64,000 nt of DNA from Phoronis australis (Eukaryota; Animalia; Phoronida), in assembly GCA_002633005.1 (NCBI GenBank), contig NMRA01000020.1, positions 335,621 to 399,620 of the forward strand, read 5' to 3'. The position numbers and the translations under genes are program-made. The notes under the pieces were generated by a model. That model was not told the origin of the DNA and searched no databases. It saw nothing but the letters and a program-made list of their open reading frames with translations. Position 1 is the stretch's first letter. Each line of letters starts with the position of its first letter. Below are positions 11,474 to 25,017 of this stretch, in pieces.

Positions 11474-14400
11474 CGCTTACATCTGTATCTTCGAAGGTCC
11501 TCAACGGATTTTCATAAAATTTGTCAAATAGATGACTGTCTGTTAGTGGGATGACACTACCCTCAGATGCTTTTTTGAAATTTATCAAACCAGTTTATGG
11601 ACATTTTTAATATTTTTAGTTCGCTTTTTGTCTTCTGTTTCTGTATGTGCCAAACCATGCAGAGAATCAGAATGAAAATTGGCAGATGTGTTCCTACTGA
11701 CAAGAACATGACTGTCTTGGTTTTTCAAACGGGTCCAACTACTGTGGTGCCCCCTAGTGACATCTTTTGCTTCTACGACTGTATCTCCTAAACCCTGGCA
11801 ATATGTTTTTGAAATTTTGCAATTGTATTCATATTAACTTGGCGATTTATGGATTCGACTACGGCTGTGATTCATGTTGGTAGTTTGTTTTTTCGCTTGC
11901 CCTTGTATCTTTGGAGTTCTTTGATGGATTTTCATGTAATGGCCATTTTTACGTTAGAAAGTAAACACCACTAAAAGCACACTGTTTGTGGTGCTGTCAT
12001 GGGTTCATTTCAATGCTCTGCATTGCTCTTGTTTAGTGTGCATTTGATGGCGATTTTAATTAAAATTACGACCGTTCCCTAATAACGATATGAAGATGTA
12101 ACTGAAAATTTTGCTTCTGAATAATAAAAGCTATTTAGGAAGCACTTTGAAACTAGTTTTTCACCCTTTGGTGTCAAAATTCTAGAACGTTCTATTTCAA
12201 AGCACTGTAGTGTCTGCTCATCATTTGTGCAGATGCCTATGGATGAAACTGTTTTATCTCTGTCATGAGGATTTGTTATAATGTTCTTTTTTCATTGTTA
12301 TTTATTTCAACTACTGTACAGTTCTGCAACACCTGGGATTTTGCTGAATATCTACGGTATCATTAGAATATCTAATCATTAGGTCTTTGGCTTATTGCCA
12401 GCCTAACTTTCACTGAAAATTTCACTGAAATGAACTCAAAATCTGATTATCTTCTTCTATGCTTATTTTCCGGATGTACAAAAACTTTTTTCTGTGAAAA
12501 CTGTGTCAAACATGCCGGAGATCCTTGTGCCCACATCCAACAGTGACATTGCAAGCACTGGTTATTATTCAGTACGTATGTACCACCAATTGGACGGGGA
12601 AGCTCTCAAGGAAAAATAAGTTTGTACACTTATGTTAGAGAAAACACTGTAACCCTCATGTGAGGTTTTATTACCGGAACATGCTGGTTTGAAAGCAAAC
12701 ACCATTTTGTGATAATGGATGAAGATTTTCTGACGATTATGTTGTAAATACCGTCTTTCAATTAAATCCAAAGCAGCGATTTGTTTCATGAAAGTGACTT
12801 TATAACACAGAAATTTGGTCTTATGCTCCACACAACCTTTTGAAAAATAATTAAATCTCACTTAAACAAAAATGTAAAGTCACTGAGTATATGCACTTTA
12901 CTGCTAGATATTTAGATAATTTCAGTAAGTTGTATCTACATCGTGATGCACTCATAATTACTTGGATAAACTTTTTTTCAGCATCTGTGAAGTGGGAATG
13001 TAAGAACAAATTTCTATTTCATAAGACAGACTACTGAAGTTGTCAAATTACCTTTTGGGTTATGTACTAACTACCGTATATACCCTTTCTTGCTCAGATT
13101 AGAGTATATATATTGATGCATGTGGAGAAAATGGACAATTGGTTAAATATTGTTTAAGGCTATGCTCAGACATAATGGAGTAGGTTATTGACCCTGGTCT
13201 TGAGTCATAGCTTCTAATAGTCCAACACTAACTCCTGTAATCTCAGTAAAAATAATAAAGAAGCCAGTTTTATTGGCAGGAGTAGTCTAAAAGTTGTGCT
13301 TTAGCTTTACCAGGGCAGGTTTTAGGCACCAAGATGGCGGTGAGCCACCCACAGAGTTGCTGTGTGATCTCAGTGTTGTGGTGAACTGCTCATCTATTTT
13401 GGTCTCTTGCCCAATTCCTGGGATTCCATTGTATTGCAAGGCACATTTCTGATGAAATTCACAGTACATTGTGATATTGCCAATATTAACATAACTGCCA
13501 ACTCACTCAGTCTCAACCGACCCTTATTCATAATATTAGTCCTGTTTATTTCTGAGCATATTGATAAGTGAGAGTTACTTCAGCCAGTATTACCAGCATG
13601 ACGATATCAAGAATTAATGAGCAGAATCTTATTACTAGTTTCATGCCTTCATTTCCAGTCTACTAATATTTACACCCAGTAATGTGAAACTTTTGTTTAT
13701 TTTGTGCTTAAATGTGTGGATCATCTTCCTCAAAATGGGGGTGGGGGCTGAGATCCTGTTAAAATGCTCCTTGGAAATGATAACAAATGATGACATGCCA
13801 ATATTTGAAAATTAGCTTTGTCGAGCTATCTTATGAGTAAGAAATGAGGCGTGACTCGGTTGCATTTAAATCTGTTTTGTCGATGTCAAGTTTTTCCTTA
13901 GAATGATCTGCAGTTACTCTTAAGTGTAAGAATTGTGCAGCCAAAAGTTTTGAAAAGGAGGCTTATTCCATGAGCAGAAGAACATTAAAAAGCCCAATAG
14001 CAGTTCACATAATCATCAAGATTGTTTGCTTCCTGCATAAAACACAGAACTTTGTGTGAACAATGAGAATTGTCTCATGACCAATTCCGGGTGAACTATC
14101 CCTCGTGGTCCGAGCCAACGCTCTACCTAAGTAAGAGCGTCCTTTGCTCATTTGCTCATTTCAGTTCTTATGAAATACCTTTTTCTCACAAACCATAACA
14201 CACCAGGTTTCATTGATAACTTTAAGTATGAGCTAATGCACCATATGTACAGTACAATATGTATCAAATCTATCTTACCTATGTCCACAGTGCAATATGT
14301 ATCAAATCTATCTATGTCCCCATTTCAGTGGATAACAATTCCTATCAGACTGTTGATAAAGGGTTATCAGTCTGATGATCATTTATAGTGTCATTCATGG

Positions 14401-17400
14401 AAAATCTTTTTTGCTCATTTGTTGTTACTCAGTGATAAGAAATCCTAAATAATCTCACTTTGTGTGGTAAATTGTATCTACCATTCACATGAATTCTTAT
14501 CAACTAATTGTATATCCAGTGTTCTCAATAACCTGTTTTGACTAGTCACTGTGTCGAGTTTGAGTTTTGTCATGATCAGTTTGCCCCTCTCGCGTGGAGA
14601 AAATCTATGTAACGAGTTTGACATATTGGGAGATTGTCATTTCTTAAGTAAATTGGGACATTTTGGACTTTTGGTGGCAGTTCAATGTATTTATTTGGAA
14701 AATTAACGTGCAAACTCCTGACAGTGTAGACATTGACTTTTGAACACACATACATGAGTTTTGTTATTCCAGTTTAGTTTGAATTTTCTGTTGTGGAGAA
14801 CACTGTATATCGTATAAAATCCGTAAGACTTTATGTAAAAGTCATTTATGGTGAATTATGGTTAAGCCCACTTGCCTGTGTACACCACGAACATGTGAGA
14901 GAGATGAGAAAAGAGTGTGATATTCCAAGAACAAAATTGCGGTTCATGAGAAAAGAATTTGCTCGTGAGGAAATTAAGTATATTAATGAGAAAAGAACGA
15001 TATTAACGAGACTGTGCTTATGGTGATAGAGCCGTAAAATTGACTATGAATATTCAAGGAAATTTCCCTATGAAGTTTGTACGATGTTTATTGTTGATAA
15101 AAAATTCAGTTGTCCAAAAACTTGTAATTATCCTTGCTAATAATCTGTTTTGATAATTGTATATTGCATTTATATGTTTTTCATGTTATTTTAGCAGCAT
15201 TCAGCCGTAAAAAATCTTATCTCTAATTTGATGTGAAGTGTAAAACTTGGGTACCCTGTAAAATATGTAGTAGACTCCAATTCGAAATAAATCCACACAC
15301 TGAAAGTTTTCAGGTGTCTTAATAGTCTTTGACACTAACGTCTAATGAAGTTGCTAATCTACGTAGGTTTGAACTGACATTTCAGCACATCTCTGAATAA
15401 GTTGATTTTTAAGCAATTTTTGTCATTCTACATGGTGTCCGACTGGGAATATTTTTGAATGTTTGAAATATTCAGATTCCTCAGATGAAAGGTTATGTTG
15501 CGAATGGGTACCGTAGTGGGTCTGACCTTTTTGTGTTGACCTTTATCAGAAACACTTGAACTAGGACTAGGCTTTCTTAAATTAGTTATGACAGGCATGT
15601 TGCATGTCAATGTCAGTAGCATTACATGTTGATATTGGGAATCAGAGCTGACAGATGTCTAATGTTTTTTTGTAGAAAATAATAGAGTTCAGCTTATTGT
15701 CAATCTGGACAAACTATGATTGCTTGTAAAAGATATTTGCTATGGCTGAATGCCTTGGAAGAGCTTAAAACCAGCCAGCTTTGTAAACTTATTCACTTTT
15801 GTGGACCTGGTAGCCTAATGTGCACAATATTGCCTGGCTCCATGATAACTCAATGCAGATGGCCTGGTAATTTTTCACTTGTTCAGCACATGATGTGGCC
15901 GACAAGACAAATTCTATTTTGTTGAATTTTTGCACAAAAGTAGAGATTACAAACATTATAGTATATTGCGAGCATGCTTTGCAGTGTATAGATTTCATAA
16001 AACAAAATTCGTTAAAGTTCCCGATATTTGCAAGAAGGTTTAATCAGCCATGAAAAGTGAAAAATGTCCATTTTGGCAATTATTTTTGTGGGAAATGAGG
16101 GGAGGATTGTTGTATTTTGTTGGCAACTCTCCCTTCCATTCTGTGGTCTTGTGTTACTTATGATTGGCAGTTTGATAGAAAGAGGAGTTGGTTGCTAAGT
16201 TACGGTCTTAATGAAGGGGCTTTCAAAATGTTAAGTAGCTGAACTCACTTATGATCATCGACTTTCCTAGTTTCCATCCCATAATTGTCTTACCAATAGA
16301 AGTAAAAATTGATCCAAAAGAATGTTATTGGTAGGGAAAGGCACAGTTTCAGAAACTATTCTCACAGCAGGGGATATCCTAGCAGTAATCTGTTCAAAAA
16401 AACATTTACCTGATTGTAAATCACTAAAATACAGATAAAACCATAAATTATTAGCGGAGATATTCAAAATTTCATCACATCCCGCATCAGTCACCACTTG
16501 TGGCACTTTTTCTTCTATTAATTAGTTTCTCGTTAACACCTGTGGATGTTATGTAATTCTACCTTGTACGTGAGCTGAGATAATGCGTGTGTGTGAACTG
16601 AGACAACGCGTGCGTGTGCAATTTCGGCTTATTTTTGTAGGCGTTGGCAAATTTAAGTGAAAAGCATAGCCATGTTGAACATGTGTGCTGCATATGTATT
16701 GTAAATGTTGAAATGGTTAAAGAGCAACTATTGAGTGAAAACAAGGATGCCAGTTCATTTATTGTAGTCTGGTATAGAGGTGAAATTTCACAAATTTAAT
16801 ACATAACATGACGCAGAGAAGTGAAGTTTCATTTTTTCGTCACTTCGAAAATCTAAAATAAAACTAACAATTGCTTAATTCGTGTTCTACGCCAAAGCTT
16901 CCATTGGGCAGTGTTTTGAGATACAAGCCTTTTTGGAGATATTTTTGTCCAAAATCGGTTATATTTTATCGAGATTGAGCGGATGTCCATGCTATGACAG
17001 GTTGTCAGTGGTTAGAAGGACCTAATGTCCACTTTAGTTTAGCTTTGTTACTTAGCAGAAACATTATCACACTGTTTCAAGTGTTTGGGGTCTGTGGTGT
17101 TTTACCCCCTAAATTTAGGTCTTAACTAAGTGCGATGGCAGTCCTTATTTTGAATAACTAATCAAAAGCACTGATTACCATTGTACAATATGAGCTAAAA
17201 GTATTCAGACAAAATAATCGAGAATTTCACTTCATAACAGCTGGATGAAGCCGAATTCATCGTCATAGTCTCCCCTGATGAGCATGAATAAAGGGGAATT
17301 AACAGGAAAGTCAGTAAGGTGGTTAAACCACTCTGTAATTGAACTATCGCCAGGATTTTGAGTGATGACTTAACTGACCAATCAGCATTCTTGACACATC

Positions 17401-18149
17401 TTTTGTGTCCAAGCCGCCATTTTACCCGACAAAAAACACATTGCTGGGTAAAACTTATTGTTTGTTTGTCAAATCTTTGTAAGGGGGCGGAGCTTGCGAT
17501 AAGTCAATTGGAACTTCGCTGTCCAGGTAGTTATTACCAGTCATTTTTGCTGTTAACAGAATTAGGTGTCATGCCGGGGAATGGATGGTATTTTGTCTGA
17601 ATAATTGTATCTCGTCTTGTAATTTTGCTCTGCACCTTGTCATTTATTTGCACATGTCCACATTTTGTGTTGTTATCTATTGTTTATTTCAGTAATCGCA
17701 ATTCATTTGCACTTCACAGTGTTTTTCCTCGCAAACATTTTGGAATAGGGGCCTAGTAGCAGTTTTTTTTGGAAATTGAATGCTGTTTTTCAAAATACAA
17801 GAAATGAGGATATTGTCAGGTTGGCTCTTGCATGGACTGTTAGTGGCGCTCACTGCTTGGTGTCGTAAAGATACCTTCAGGTATCTTTTTAAGCATTTAC
17901 CAAGCAATCTGGTTAGTAGTGAACCAGGCCAGATATCTTTTATTAAGGATGGCTGTGGTGAACGCTTTTTTGACACAGAACATTATAAAAATAATTGCAG
18001 GCGGTCTGATATAGGTTGTACCAGACATGCACAGGCCGCGCATGTGGGCCCATTGCACTGATCACCTGGAACCATTTTTATGCTTTGTTAATAATTATAT
18101 AGTTGAAACCGAGCTGAGGAGCTAGAAACCTGACACAAAGGTCTACCAG

Positions 18150-18228
18150 CAGGCCTCAGTGGGACTCGAACCCATGACCTTGAGTAAAGGGAGCAGAGGA
18201 TTATCCCATTAGGCCACACTGCCTCCTC
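18150..18228 (-). mobile_element. tRNA-derived SINE head
   Basis: Minus strand A box TGGCCTAATGG (18206-18216) and B box GGTTCGAGTCC (18162-18172) at tRNA-like spacing; no convincing cloverleaf. Confidence 0.55.
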
Positions 18229-18511
18229 TGCAGGACAGAATGTGGTGGACGAGTGGACTTTAATTTTGTTAAATTTCTCAACAATAATATACATTTACAA
18301 AAATTATTCTTCTCTTTTAACTTGGTTTGCTCTGAATATCCTACTGTATATTATAAAACTTTTTAAGCTTTTTAACAATACAATCAACTTTTGAACATGG
18401 AAACCTGCAACTTTGACTATTATTGTTATGGGAAATTGAAAAGAGTAGATAGAGTGGGTTGAAACTACCAGAAGAATTATTCTTTAGTTTGTTTCATTGA
18501 TTGTTTTACAG

Positions 18512-18775
18512 ACCCTCCACATGGCGTAACTGTGACTACCACCACTTTGAAAACGATATTCAGCGAGGGTAACAGGGTGCAGCTCACCTGTAAAGTGGCC
18601 AAGGCTAAGCCTGGCGTGCACCGCTACGTCTGGTTCAAACAAGGAGCCGAGGTGAAAGAGACATCCAATCAGCTTACCATTGATGCCATCAGCAAGGATG
18701 ACGCTGGAGCTTACAAGTGCCAGGCAATTAATGACGTTGGGATGGGTGTTGCAGTAGAGAACATTCTAGTCAAAT
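18512..18775 (+). CDS. Receptor exon 4, Ig domain 3
   Basis: ttacag| ... t|gtgagt; YPPHGV...EGNRVQLTC...YVWFK...DDAGAYKCQAINDVG. Confidence 0.95.
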
Positions 18776-18828
18776 GTGAGTGGAGAGAAGTGAATAGCGT
18801 AGTAGTGGGGGGCAGTTGACAGGTGTGT

Positions 18829-18906
18829 TGTATTGGAGTGCTATGTATTGGAGTGCTATGTATTGGAGTGCTATGTATTGGAGTGCTATGTATTTTAGTG
18901 CTATGT
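18829..18906. repeat. 15-bp tandem repeat (tattggagtgctatg) x~5
   Basis: Units read directly. Confidence 0.9.
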
Positions 18907-19481
18907 AGTCTGTCATCCCTTGTCAATAATATTCGTGAAGATTTGACATGGCAGTAGATGAAGCAATTTGGACCCGGAGATAAGAATAGACCTGCCATCA
19001 CACTGGGCCCAAAACATCATGCTAAACATTCCCATAGATTAATTATGAAAGCGATGATGTGTCATCAGAGCCACCCTTGCTTTGTCAAACTTTTGTCATG
19101 AAAGTTTTGTCACAAGCATACTTAAGCTGTGCTGCTTAATACTGTGGCATTGTTACTTGTTGAAACTTTCTCTTCCTGAACCTTAAACACAAACTGGACC
19201 TACTGTGTGATCACAGCTGATTGGCTGGAGTATTATGTATGTCATATGTACTCTGACTAATCACTCTATCTGTGGAGGCAGTATCTGCTAGTAGTATTTA
19301 CTCACTCCGACCATGGGAATTGGAAGTCAGTCCTGCTGTGTTTTTGGTCTGGCTTCAGGGTTTTTTGGTGTGGCCAATTAATTTTAATTAGGTTTCTGGT
19401 GAGAAGAAAGCATTTTTGTGAGCTTGGCCCCTGAAGTGATTCCTTTGCTATATCTTATCTGATGCTCCTTTGTTGTTTCAG

Positions 19482-19754
19482 ACTTGACAGTTAACGTAAT
19501 GGTCAGCGAACCTGCCATTTCTGAGGGGAGTTCAGTCACCTTCACGTGCGAAGCGATGGGTCTTCCAGGGACGGTGAACTTTGGTATGTGGAAGCACACA
19601 TCGGTGGATGGCATCACTCGATTCGTTGCAAACTCTGCTGGGCGGAGTCAGCTCGTTATTGACAACGTTCAGTACCACCAGGCGGGAAAATACTGTTGTT
19701 CGTCCAGCAACGGTGACTTCAATAAGACCAGCTGCACCGATCTGGAAGTGAGGT
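19482..19754 (+). CDS. Receptor exon 5, Ig domain 4
   Basis: tttcag| ... t|gtatgt; EGSSVTFTCEA...WKH...QAGKYCCSSSNG...LEVR. Confidence 0.95.
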
Positions 19755-20137
19755 GTATGTATTATTTCATAACGTGGCTCACACTGAGAAGTGATATAAG
19801 CAGTTCACAGTTATCAACCCTCTCACGTGTACCTAGCGTACACTTTTCTCTCACCCTCTCATTGAAAGTGTGTGCGTATGTTTATGTTTATTTAAGCCTC
19901 ATTTCTCTGGATAGTCTCTGGACATCCCACTGTTGCAATGACCTCAAAGGATTTCAAAACGCTGTTACATTCGTCTCTATTCACATAGTGTGAATGAATC
20001 ATAGTTGTCCAACAAAAACTATTGCCGTTGTGAAGCCTATTTGATTTTCATCCTCCCAGAGTTCTTCCGATTACTGCCATGGGATACGGACACGTGCAAT
20101 GTGAATTTCATATATGTTTGACTAAACATTTTTACAG

Positions 20138-20431
20138 TTGGCCCTAAAGTTGATGTGTACAAACCTCAAGAGTTTGAAGTTGGCACAGACATTGGTCAGA
20201 ACAGATCGTTAACTCTGTACGTCGTTGCCAACCCTCCAGCTACCAAATTTGAGTGGTTCAAGGGGCCACCAACAGATGGCGTGAAGATGAATAAGGGGAA
20301 ATACCACAGCAACGACACATCGTCCAGCCTTAAGTTCACAAAAGTGGCAAAAGATGATTACGGGAACTACTCGTGTCGAGCTACTAATGCCGTCGGCTCG
20401 ATGGATTTTCACTTGGAGCTAAAACCCCTTG
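20138..20431 (+). CDS. Receptor exon 6, Ig domain 5 (I-set, lacks B-strand Cys)
   Basis: ttacag| ... g|gttagt; LTLYVVANPP...FEWFK...DDYGNYSCRATNAVG. Confidence 0.95.
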
Positions 20432-21384
20432 GTTAGTGTGGCATAGGTCTCTCCAGTTTTGTCATACTGAATTTCATTTTAGATAAATAATTGACGTATC
20501 CGATTTTGGTGAAATAGAATTCATTACTTACACAAATTTATAAAATCTTGTTTGTGAGATGCTTTAACTGCTCTGTTAACTTTAACAAATAGCCAAGTGG
20601 TTCACATCTTCATTTTCCTTAATGTTTCGAGATATACTCCTCATTCTCAAAGGTACCTTAACCAGTATCATGTAAAGGTCAAGTAACAAGTAAACGTACC
20701 TTGAAACATGTCAAGAAAATGACGATGTGTACTGTCGACTATTTATTAAATGTGCTTCTGCTTAACAGTTGTTCTGCTAGATTTGTAGTCTTTATATAAT
20801 TTATATATGACACAGCCTTTATGCAAGCATACAGTGTGTGGCATGGTTATCAGCTGACATGGTGTGATTAGTGTGCAATGTTTCATACATGAAATTTTGA
20901 ATATTGCAGTTATGTAAGCCCAGGTGCATATCACTATGATTCTATATTAGAAAAGGTCATATTGAAATACACATTTGTCATAGGCCAAAATTAGTGCGTG
21001 TCATCTTACTGTTATCAGGTCGAGTAATCTCCTAGTATTATCTGATGAAAAAAGCATGACATGATATTATATCAGACATGAAAAGCAATGTCAAGTGACC
21101 ATTTCTGCTTTTCATTACTACTGGGTTTCATTTCATCCACTTCACTTACACGTCATTAAAAATATCTTTTTGACAAACTATTTTTGAGCATACTCATAAA
21201 GTGCTGTCGATTTCCACGATATGTTTTGTAGTTGGTGGCTAGTCAACCCGTAGATTAGCTGGTCTCACCACCTGGTGACTGTGAAGTTTGGTCAGTATTG
21301 TGAAGTTTATCCTCATGAATCCATGTTGAAAGACTGCTGTTTGTGTCCATCCAGTTATTTCTCACCATGTCTCTCATTTTACAG

Positions 21385-21687
21385 GCCCCGCCTCTCCACC
21401 CAGTGGGTTGTCTGTCACTCACCGGTCGGCTGTCTCACTCACCATTACCTGGGTGTCCGGCTTCAACGGTGGTCGGCCACAGGTATTTCACCTGTACTAC
21501 AAGCCGAGTAACAAGGTGGGTTACGAGTCTCACTGGAACATTCTTGACCCAGGTCAGCGGCGGCTTGTCACGCACAAGCTTAGGGGTCTTTCACCGGACA
21601 CAAGTTATGACATTCAGGTTCAGAGCAAGAGTATATTGAGCAAGGAGGAGGATGGTTTGACGGGTGTCATCAAGGCGTCCACAAAAG
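21385..21687 (+). CDS. Receptor exon 7, FN3 domain 1
   Basis: ttacag| ... g|gtgagt; PASPPSGL...ITWVSGFNGGRPQVF...GLSPDTSYDIQV (nephrin/sidestep-type FN3 signature). Confidence 0.95.
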
Positions 21688-22560
21688 GTGAGTTATAGGG
21701 AGGGTGGTGATGTGGAAAGGATTGGGAATTGGAATTTTCCTCTTCTAAGAGATTTTCCTCTTTTTTGGTTTGGATTTCCTCTTGTTTGATTTCCAGTTTC
21801 CTCCTTTTTCTCGTCTCTGTTATCATTTTTTGGCTTATTCATGCAAAAACTTCTGTTTCAGTTAAATTTTCAACACAAAAAAATATTTCTATCACACAAG
21901 CCTAGATGTATTTGTGGAATGATATATCACCTGGGAAATTTTTATCTTTTTTGTCATTGATCATTACAAATCCTGAAGGATACCAAACCCTTTTTTCGTG
22001 ATTTTAATCAATTGTCACTCTGTTCCCTGCTAATGCACCATTGGTGACTCACTTGATTGATGAAACCAAAATTTGTCAACTAAAAACACAGTCATACTCA
22101 CTGTGTCACAAAATGCATATTAAGTTTGTTGGTGAGTGGTCTTGCCCTGATGTTGGGCAACTCGATCGCCTTAAGTGTCAGTCACGCTTGCTTGTTAAAC
22201 AGACTTTTTAAGGAGTTTTCAAAAGTTGCTCCCAAGCTTTCAGGGTTTGCGAGGGTTACAGAACATTATATTGTTTTAACGAGCTGGATGGGAAATTTGT
22301 TGTTAATCTCTGTTCATGGGCTAAAACTGGGTTTTGTTTGTTTTTAAGTGAGGCCAGGACAGCACCATGTATCATAAATGTTCCTTCAAGGCAGTGCTTT
22401 CCTAGAGTCAAGAAAAATTGCCTGATTTGCATTTCATGTCCATAAAAGTTGATCAGTCGGTGACACTTATAAGCCTGATGAATGTTTTTCATGGTATGTA
22501 GTAAGTTATAATTTGTTGTGTGTGAAAGAAAGGTTTAAATTAAAACCTTCTCCATTCCAG

Positions 22561-22821
22561 TACGTCCTGCCAAGCCTCAAAATGTCACTGTGGTGCGACA
22601 TGGCAACATCGCTGTAGTCAGTTGGCATCGTATCCGTGACAACATCACTCGTCTAGCTGTCGAATACTGCTCGTCGTCTATGTGTCACAAAAAGTACGTC
22701 TCCGTCGACCAAACGTCAGTGGATGTCGAAGCAGATGAGAACAGACACTTCACGTTCAAACTGCTTTTGTATGATGGCGATGACCTCGTGCAGACCTCGG
22801 AGACTTTGAATCGACAGAGCG
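22561..22821 (+). CDS. Receptor exon 8, divergent FN3 domain 2
   Basis: ttccag| ... g|gtacgt; RPAKPQNVTV...VVSW...VEYC...FTFKLLLY. Confidence 0.85.
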
Positions 22822-22884
22822 GTACGTCTTTAAGAGATTCGTCTTTTGTTTAGGCTCTCTTTCATGCTTCATGGACTCCATTAA

Positions 22885-24360
22885 AGGCGAAGGCAACCTT
22901 TTTCATGTCATTTTTAGGTTCGTTGGTTATCCCAGACATATTTTTCACTTAATTATAATTTTTTTAATTAATTACTCATCCTCTACTCCGAAAGTGATGT
23001 TTTGGTAGGCAAGAATTTCACGCCAATTTGGCACTGCGTTGAGTTTAGTTCGAGGATCTGTAATACTTTTGTTTTCGGGCTGTTTTTCTAAAATCGACGA
23101 GTATTCTATGACAAACTAGGTTGTTAGAGAACCCAATTAAGTTCAAGTTGGATTTAGGGATTCTTTAGTTTGTATTAATCTGAAAATGACTGGAGTCGCC
23201 GACCCATATCACAGTGACAGTAGTGAGGTAAGTAACGGAGACATTGTTCATATAGAAGTGGTGACAAGGAATTTTTTCTCGGACAGTCAGTGGGTGGGTA
23301 TACTTTGTATGTTTGAGCCCGAGCATATTGAGGCAGAGTACACACAGGCACAACTGTACCACTTGCTCCAGTGTCCCGTGACACACTCCCACTGGATGGT
23401 GACCTGAGCACCCAAACTACTTACATCCCACAGTGTGACTCCCTTGCCACACACCTGGCACTTTCTAAATAGCTCCAATGCTTTAGACAAGTCCACAATA
23501 AACTTATCAAAGTTTGACTCACCGATCTGTTCATTGGACGACGAACTGTCCTCTTCACTGAGTGTCGAACTGGGCCTGTATTCACTCCCACAACTCAACA
23601 TCGCTGCAGGGCTGCTTACAGGCTCTGGGCTAGAGACAACATGACAGGGCGAATCACTGCTAGTTCCCAGAATTGCACGCTCTGTACGTTCGGAGGCACG
23701 GGTGACAGTAGGTGAAGTGCCTCTAGTCACTGTAGTGGCCACAGCTCGCAAGGCTTCTTGCTTCAAAAACGCACTTCTCGGGGGTGGCGACAGAGCACTG
23801 CCAGGAATCAACAGCTACGGTATGGCACCCTTCTTCTTGTGTTGTTTCGCAGGGACCTTCATCAATTCAGCGTACACATCTCTCTCGTAATCTGACGGCA
23901 GAAAATGCTTGCCACACACTCGGTAACCCTCCACTGCTTTGAACGTTGCGTTGACGGGTAACGCAGCGTTCTTTACACAAACGAGCCAAGTACGGCGAAG
24001 TGTGTCATCCTTCGGAAAGCGATGCAAAGTCTAGTATTCCCAAAGCGCGCGTGACGATAATGAGTACATTCCGGTACGCAGCAATAGTGTGGCATGTTGA
24101 CTCACTCATAAAGAAAAGCAAACGACGACCGAACTTATCACAACCGAGGTAGAACTATGACTGACTCGACAGCTCTCACAGTCAGACTATATGAAAAGAA
24201 ATTGGCGCAAAATTTTTGCCTCCCAAAACGTCACTTCCGGAGTGGAGGACGAGTAATTGATTAAATTACAAAAAGCTGTAATTAAGTGAAAAATATGTCT
24301 GGGATAACCAACGAGCCTTATCTTTGCTAAAAATGACATGAAAAAAGGTTGCCTTCACCT
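22885..24360 (-). mobile_element. Internally deleted Kolobok DNA transposon with THAP-transposase pseudogene
   Basis: TTAA at 22881-22884 and 24361-24364; termini aggcgaaggcaacc / ggttgccttcacct; imperfect TIRs of about 150 bp. Minus strand from 24095: MPHYCCVPEC, frameshift, LHRFPKDDTLRRTW...RVCGKHF...GAIP*, then CQVCG...WECVTGHWSKWYS. TTAA plus AG ends plus THAP and a Cys/His finger are Kolobok hallmarks. Confidence 0.85.
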
Positions 24361-24622
24361 TTAAGTCTTGTTATTCTAAAAGCAAAGTCCTCCCCCATTT
24401 AAAGCCAGATGCTGTGCCATTTTTGAAAACCATCGGCCTTGTTTCATGTTTTTCGGGCAGGACTCTTTGTTTTGGCTTTTTAATATGGCAAATTAGTATT
24501 CCGATTTACTCAAAAGTCATGGTAAAAGTATGGACAAAGTGTTCATTGATTGGTTCAACATGGAAGATTCACTGCCGCTTACTTGTTCCAGTTTGAAGTT
24601 TGCGATTTTAACTTGACCCAAT

Positions 24623-25017
24623 AGGGACGTCCCGGATTACACTGGGACACTCAAATCACGCTGTATTTACCCACAATGCCGTAAACATCTGTCAGGCATT
24701 TGCTGCCTTGTTTTCATGCCACTGGAGTTTCACATGTTATTTGTTGTCTGCTTCTTTGCAAGTTTTTTCTCGGTTGCATTACTCTATTTGTTCTTCCAAT
24801 ACCAACGGAGTATTACTGCTGTGCTGTGGGCTGCAAGTCAAACGTGAGAAAGTTTGATGAATTGGACAAATATCCGTGGATGCGTAATCTGAAATTCTTC
24901 ACCTTCCCAACATCAATGAGAGACATGAAAATGTGCCCAATTTCCAAAACAAGGTCACACACTTTCTTATCTCCAGGACAAAGGAGAGTTCTATGTCCAT
25001 GTAATCCAGGACGGCCC
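24623..25017 (+). mobile_element. Short TIR element with THAP N-terminal remnant (copy 1)
   Basis: TIRs gggacgtcccggattaca / tgtaatccaggacggccc; internal YYCCAVGCKSNVRKFDELDKYPWMRNLKFFTFP; homologous to 52564-52937. Confidence 0.75.

Noticed and set aside
18150-18228. Possible tRNA gene
   Set aside because: A and B boxes are present but no full cloverleaf or poly-T terminator; a SINE head fits better.
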